A DNA stretch of 64,000 bases, taken from the NCBI GenBank assembly GCA_973895155.1, contig OZ316892.1:16482357-16546356 (forward strand). Direction: 5' to 3'. Within the stretch, counting starts at the first letter, position 1, and each line of letters starts with the position of its first letter. Shown here one piece after another: positions 59,869 through 64,000 of this stretch. The notes beneath the pieces were generated by a model that was given only the letters and a program-made list of their open reading frames with translations, was not told the DNA's origin and did no database searches. The translations under genes were made by a program, and so were the position numbers. This stretch comes from Marsupella aquatica (taxonomy: Eukaryota > Plantae > Marchantiophyta).

Positions 59869-62661
59869 TGTGGTGCGTCCCATGGCTCCCTAAACCCCAT
59901 AAACCCCCCTTCACAAGCCGATTCCCGCGGGTTTCGCGCTTGGCGAGGCCGTTTCCGCGGCTTAGTGGCATGGGACGCTGCTAACCTCCTTCTACTACTA
60001 CTATTAACATTTTACACACATATACTGGACAGATCCTTCATCGGGTCATGAGATACGTAGTCGGCCTAATCTAGGCCTTCCCTTGTCTTCCCCTCCATCT
60101 TGTTAGGTATATTTGGATTCCGCCGCCGGAATGATCCCCAATAGGCTTGGTTAAGCCGCTAAGACCTCTCTCAGCTCGACACATCCAACTCTCACTCTCT
60201 TGCTTACTTTCCTTCCTCTATTAGTTGATGTGGGCACTCTTCACACAAGTTAATGCGATACACAAATAGCAAAATGACTCCTTCTGACTGAGTCATACCA
60301 TGCACTTGCCATACAAACAGTACATCTCATACACAAGCTCTACGAACTAAGCCGTGAGGCCAACTCTATTCAGCTCTTAGGCATGAGGAAACATGAATAT
60401 ACACAAGGGTCACTGTATGACTAACCGAGAGCTTCTCTTACTACTTGATCCCAGCCCGGCTGGTGCAACTAAAAACTTGCTAAAGAAGAGGCCCTGAGCT
60501 CCCCGCTGCCCAGGTACTTATCCTGGTAGTGGATCCGCCTAATTCTTTGCAGCGTAAGCTTAATCTACCTAACTGAATCTACCTATGTACAGCGAGGCAG
60601 GAGTACAAGTGTTGCTCTTACCAGTGGAACTGCAATCCCACTAAGCTAAGTGTCAGGGCCGCCTCTTGGTCCTGATCCTAATCCTAAACTTAGAGATCTG
60701 AGCCCGCCCTGCCCACTCACGCCTCCTCCCTCCACGTCCGCCCTCCTTGAAAGGAGCGGCCCTCCACCACCGTCATGGCAGTGGTGGTTGTTCCTCAGTG
60801 GACGCCCCCAACGCTTCCACCTCAGCCACTGTCGTAGGTTTGTTCTCTGACAGATTACCTGTCCTTGATTGAGTCAACTCTCCATCGGCCTGATTGGGTC
60901 CACCCCCGACAACGGCATCGGCTTCAACATCAGCCTCGGCTACGGCCTCAGCCACGGCTACGGCCTCTCCTGCACACTCAAGTGGCGGATTGGGTACCTC
61001 GGCTTCATTACCGAGTATCCTGGCCTCGGCTTTGTCATTCCCCTTCTTCTAGGGTAGTTGGATCCTCTGCCGTAACCCTGCCTGAGGTTGGTGCTGGGTT
61101 TACCTCCTTGGTCACCACGGCCTGTGGAGCCGTATTACTCCCTGACCCTGAAGGTTTCCGCTTCTTCTTCTTTTCTGGTTCGGCAGCTGGCCCCTTCCCC
61201 TTCCCACTTACTTCCGGCACTAGTGCAACTGGCGCGGCTTGTCCTTCGGCCAGTACCACTCCTAGTAACTTAGTGGCCTCAATTTGAGTTGGCCCTGATG
61301 AAGCCAAGCACTTAAATACTGCGGCTTGTTTCTTCAGCCGCTCCGTTTGGTTGTCGGCTCGTCGTTGTAAGTTCTCTAGCTTCCGCGTGCTTTCCTCCAA
61401 CTCTTCCATTCTTTGTTGATGGTCCTGGGAACGACCGAAACTCCTTGTCAGGTAAGGTCTTCCTGGTATCAACCTTGGTCTTATTACCCATCGGCAAGCC
61501 AAACACTTCAGCAATCACCCAGGGAGTGAGATAGAAATCCTTCCCATACACCCTTGTGGAATTGGTCTCGGACTCCCATGATCCCACGAATTCTAACAAG
61601 TCTGAGTCCGGCACCTCCGGCTTCAGCCATGGTAATCTTACGAAGGCTTCCAAGCCGGATCCGGCCATGAAGCCTTGGTACTTCTTGGTCTGCATAGCTG
61701 TAAAGCATGCATCCTCCTCTCGTGCAAAGTGTAATTGCACTTCCTCCGGTAGGGTCGCCGCCCAGCCTTTCCAGGTGTCATCGTTTGTTGGAATGGCATT
61801 GATGGGGTCAACCTCCTCCTCCTCGGCTTCTCTCTGCCTCCTGCTTTGCTGTTCTGCTAGCTTCTTTGGTGCCGCCGACCTCGTTCTTTTTGCCGGGTGG
61901 CCTCTTCGTTGTTGTTCCCCTTCCTCTTCATCTCAGCTCCCGTGGATGTCTTTCCTAGCACGGTTGCCTTTGTCCACCCCTCCGTGCTACCCTTCAACTC
62001 CGAGTGTATGTTGTTGCAGCGTTTGATGGCTTCTCGGATGCCGACGACTCTATCTTCGCAAAACAGCAGGTCGTCTAGCTCGTTGCCAGTAGGCGTCCAC
62101 AGGAATTCAGCCTTGATGAGTTCCCCTCCTAAGAAAGCAGCTTTCTGCAGCTCCCACAATCGGGCGAGCTCCTGCCGTTCTCGAGCTGCTCTCTCCGATT
62201 CTTCGTCCTCGTAAGTCCCAATGTACTCAGTTGCCCGTTCGAACAGGCATCCCCAAAAATGTGCCGCTTGATTGACGTTGCTCATACCCTTCTCGAGTTG
62301 ATAGTCGGTATCTGTTCCCACCCTGAGCGCTTGCCTAAGCAGTTGACAGTAGTTGGCCGCCCGTAGTCGCCTGCCTAGTGCGTGCTTGCAAATGAGCCAC
62401 TACTCCTCGCGAGCAGTCCTTGCCCCTCTCCTCCTAAGGTTCTCCCTCCCATTGGTTACCCCTAGCCGCCGGCACTTAGCGTGCCCTAACCCTAATCGTA
62501 TTCTCTCCCCTGGCGTCCTTACTTCTGGCCTCGGCTCAGGTTCCATAGTCACCCTTAATTGTTTATATTTTCCTTATTTATGTAACTATACTAAGGTGTT
62601 TCTAGGGTACACTTCCCTTTTCCCCTTAAACTAGCCCAGTGATTCCTGGCTAGGCATCACA
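59869..62661. mobile_element. Solo LTR of family A (2793 bp) containing coding sequence
   Basis: TGTGGTGC...GCATCACA ends; 5-bp TSD GACTT (59864-59868 and 62662-62666). Confidence 0.9.
61035..62321 (-). pseudogene. LTR-embedded gene with a plant-mobile-domain-like (PMD/DUF1985-like) motif and a coiled coil
   Basis: ORFs 61857-62321, 61312-61740 and 61035-61514 are conserved with 43583-44230 and 33237-33557. LLEFVGSWESETNSTRVYGKDFYLTPWVIAEVFGLPMG resembles the PMD core (W...T..F...GE..iT..Dv..llGLP..G). Confidence 0.5.
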
Positions 62662-62946
62662 GACTTCCCAAGAGACTTGAATCTAGAAGGATGGCACTAT
62701 ATTGTGATTTTCTTAATTCCTAGCGCATTTCCAGCACCCTCAACAAAAACATTCAATAGATATATAGGTCAAATCCATGCAAGCCAATTTATTGTCAAGA
62801 ACAAGAGGGAGCTAACTACCTCCCCAAAGAATCTTGGCCAAGAATGAGCTTTCCTTTTGTGCTTGCATTTTGCTTTTGTCGTATTGTCAACTTCATGTCT
62901 AAAAAATTGCTGGTGGTAATGGTATAGTTTACTTTTTGGTCGAGTG

Positions 62947-64000
62947 TGTTATAACCCGTACCTAAACCTACCTACCTAGGGTTAAACCCCTACTACAGTT
63001 AGGCTAAGCCCAACCAGCTAACTACCTAGTCACCTAAGGAGCTATATGTAATGGTGGTATGATGAATGATACATTGAGTTATTCTATACCTCACAACACA
63101 TTATCAGCACGATGTTGATTTGAATCAAACTTTTTTTTAATCATCTCTCTCCTTTTGAGATAGACTGGCAACCTTTTAGGAAAGGATTTATGGCAGGCGA
63201 AGGTGCAGCGGTGGTAAGATGAATCAAGGGGGATGGAAGGTTATAAATCGAGATTACACATGAAACAAATTGGACGATTGAGATAAGAAATTACAATTCA
63301 CCAACTACAATTTGCAATTCCATTTCCTCTTTCTCAAATTTCAACAATGGAATGAAATTGAGATTGGACACCCAAATACAATAGCAACCTTGTGCTTACC
63401 AATAAGAAATTATACCACTAGAATCTAGCAATATGTCAAAGAATTTTGTGGAGAAACTCTTATTTCAACCACTCAGCATCGATGGTGCCAACTATTTGTC
63501 TTGGACGCTCGATGCTGAAGCTCATCTAACTTCAAAGAATCTACAAGATACAGTAATAACTGACAATGGCCAAACACTTCAGCAAAAAGCGCAGGCATTG
63601 ATACTAATTTGACACCATTTGAGTGACTCTCTGAAGCGACAGTACATGAACGAATATAATCCGAGAGTCCTTTGGGACGCACTTCAATCACGCTTTGACC
63701 ACACGCGCACCATACACTTGCTTGCGGCCAGACACGATTGGATAAATCTCCGGGTCTAGGACCATAAAACAATCGCGGATTACAATTGCAAATTATTTCG
63801 GATTGTATCCCAATTGGCCATATGTGGCCACCACGTTAATGATGACGAACAGATTGAGAAAACGCTCTCTACCCTTCACTCTACAAATCTCATTCTCTCT
63901 ACCCAATATCGCAATATGCGATTCACACAATATTCCGAGTTGATTGCCCATATGCTCCTAGCTGAAAAGCACCAGCTATTGCTATTACAGAATTCCCAAA
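62947..64000 (+). mobile_element. 5' end of a second Bianca-lineage copia element (LTR 62947-63098, PBS, decayed gag running off the window)
   Basis: TGTTATAA...TCACAACA is followed by CATTATCAGCACGA (Bianca-type PBS). The gag ...GANYLSWTLDAEAHL...QYMNEYNPRVLWDALQSRFDH...QYRNMRFTQYSELIAHMLLAEK is homologous to 22484-22860 and has in-frame stops. Confidence 0.88.

Overview
Eukaryotic, intron-containing, almost entirely transposon-derived DNA. It is most likely from a non-seed land plant (bryophyte-like); this is inferred from the retroelement types and is not proven. No intact host gene, RNA gene or CRISPR array was seen. Recognisable parts: a complete but decayed Ty1/copia element (5145-11514), two Bianca-type copia fragments, solo or partial LTRs of three other families, a 5'-truncated LINE, a CACTA TnpA-like gene, a P-element-like DDE transposase pseudogene interrupted by a Mutator-like MITE, an EDM2-like PHD-finger pseudogene, and a recent 4-kb inverted duplication. 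The most interesting item is a large Mutator-like DNA element present as two fragmentary, oppositely oriented copies (<1-15116 and 20258-46910). One copy carries a spliced gene that joins a ParB/Srx-like N-terminal domain to a beta-class amino (N4C/N6A) DNA-methyltransferase-like domain; the other carries a SWIM-finger transposase. About 22 copies of a palindrome, (T)AGCGC-NNN-GCGCT(A), appear confined to the introns and intergenic DNA of these two copies. This suggests, as a hypothesis only, a transposon-encoded ParB/parS-like self-targeting or anti-silencing system. All domain calls are by-eye motif recognition; no searches were run.
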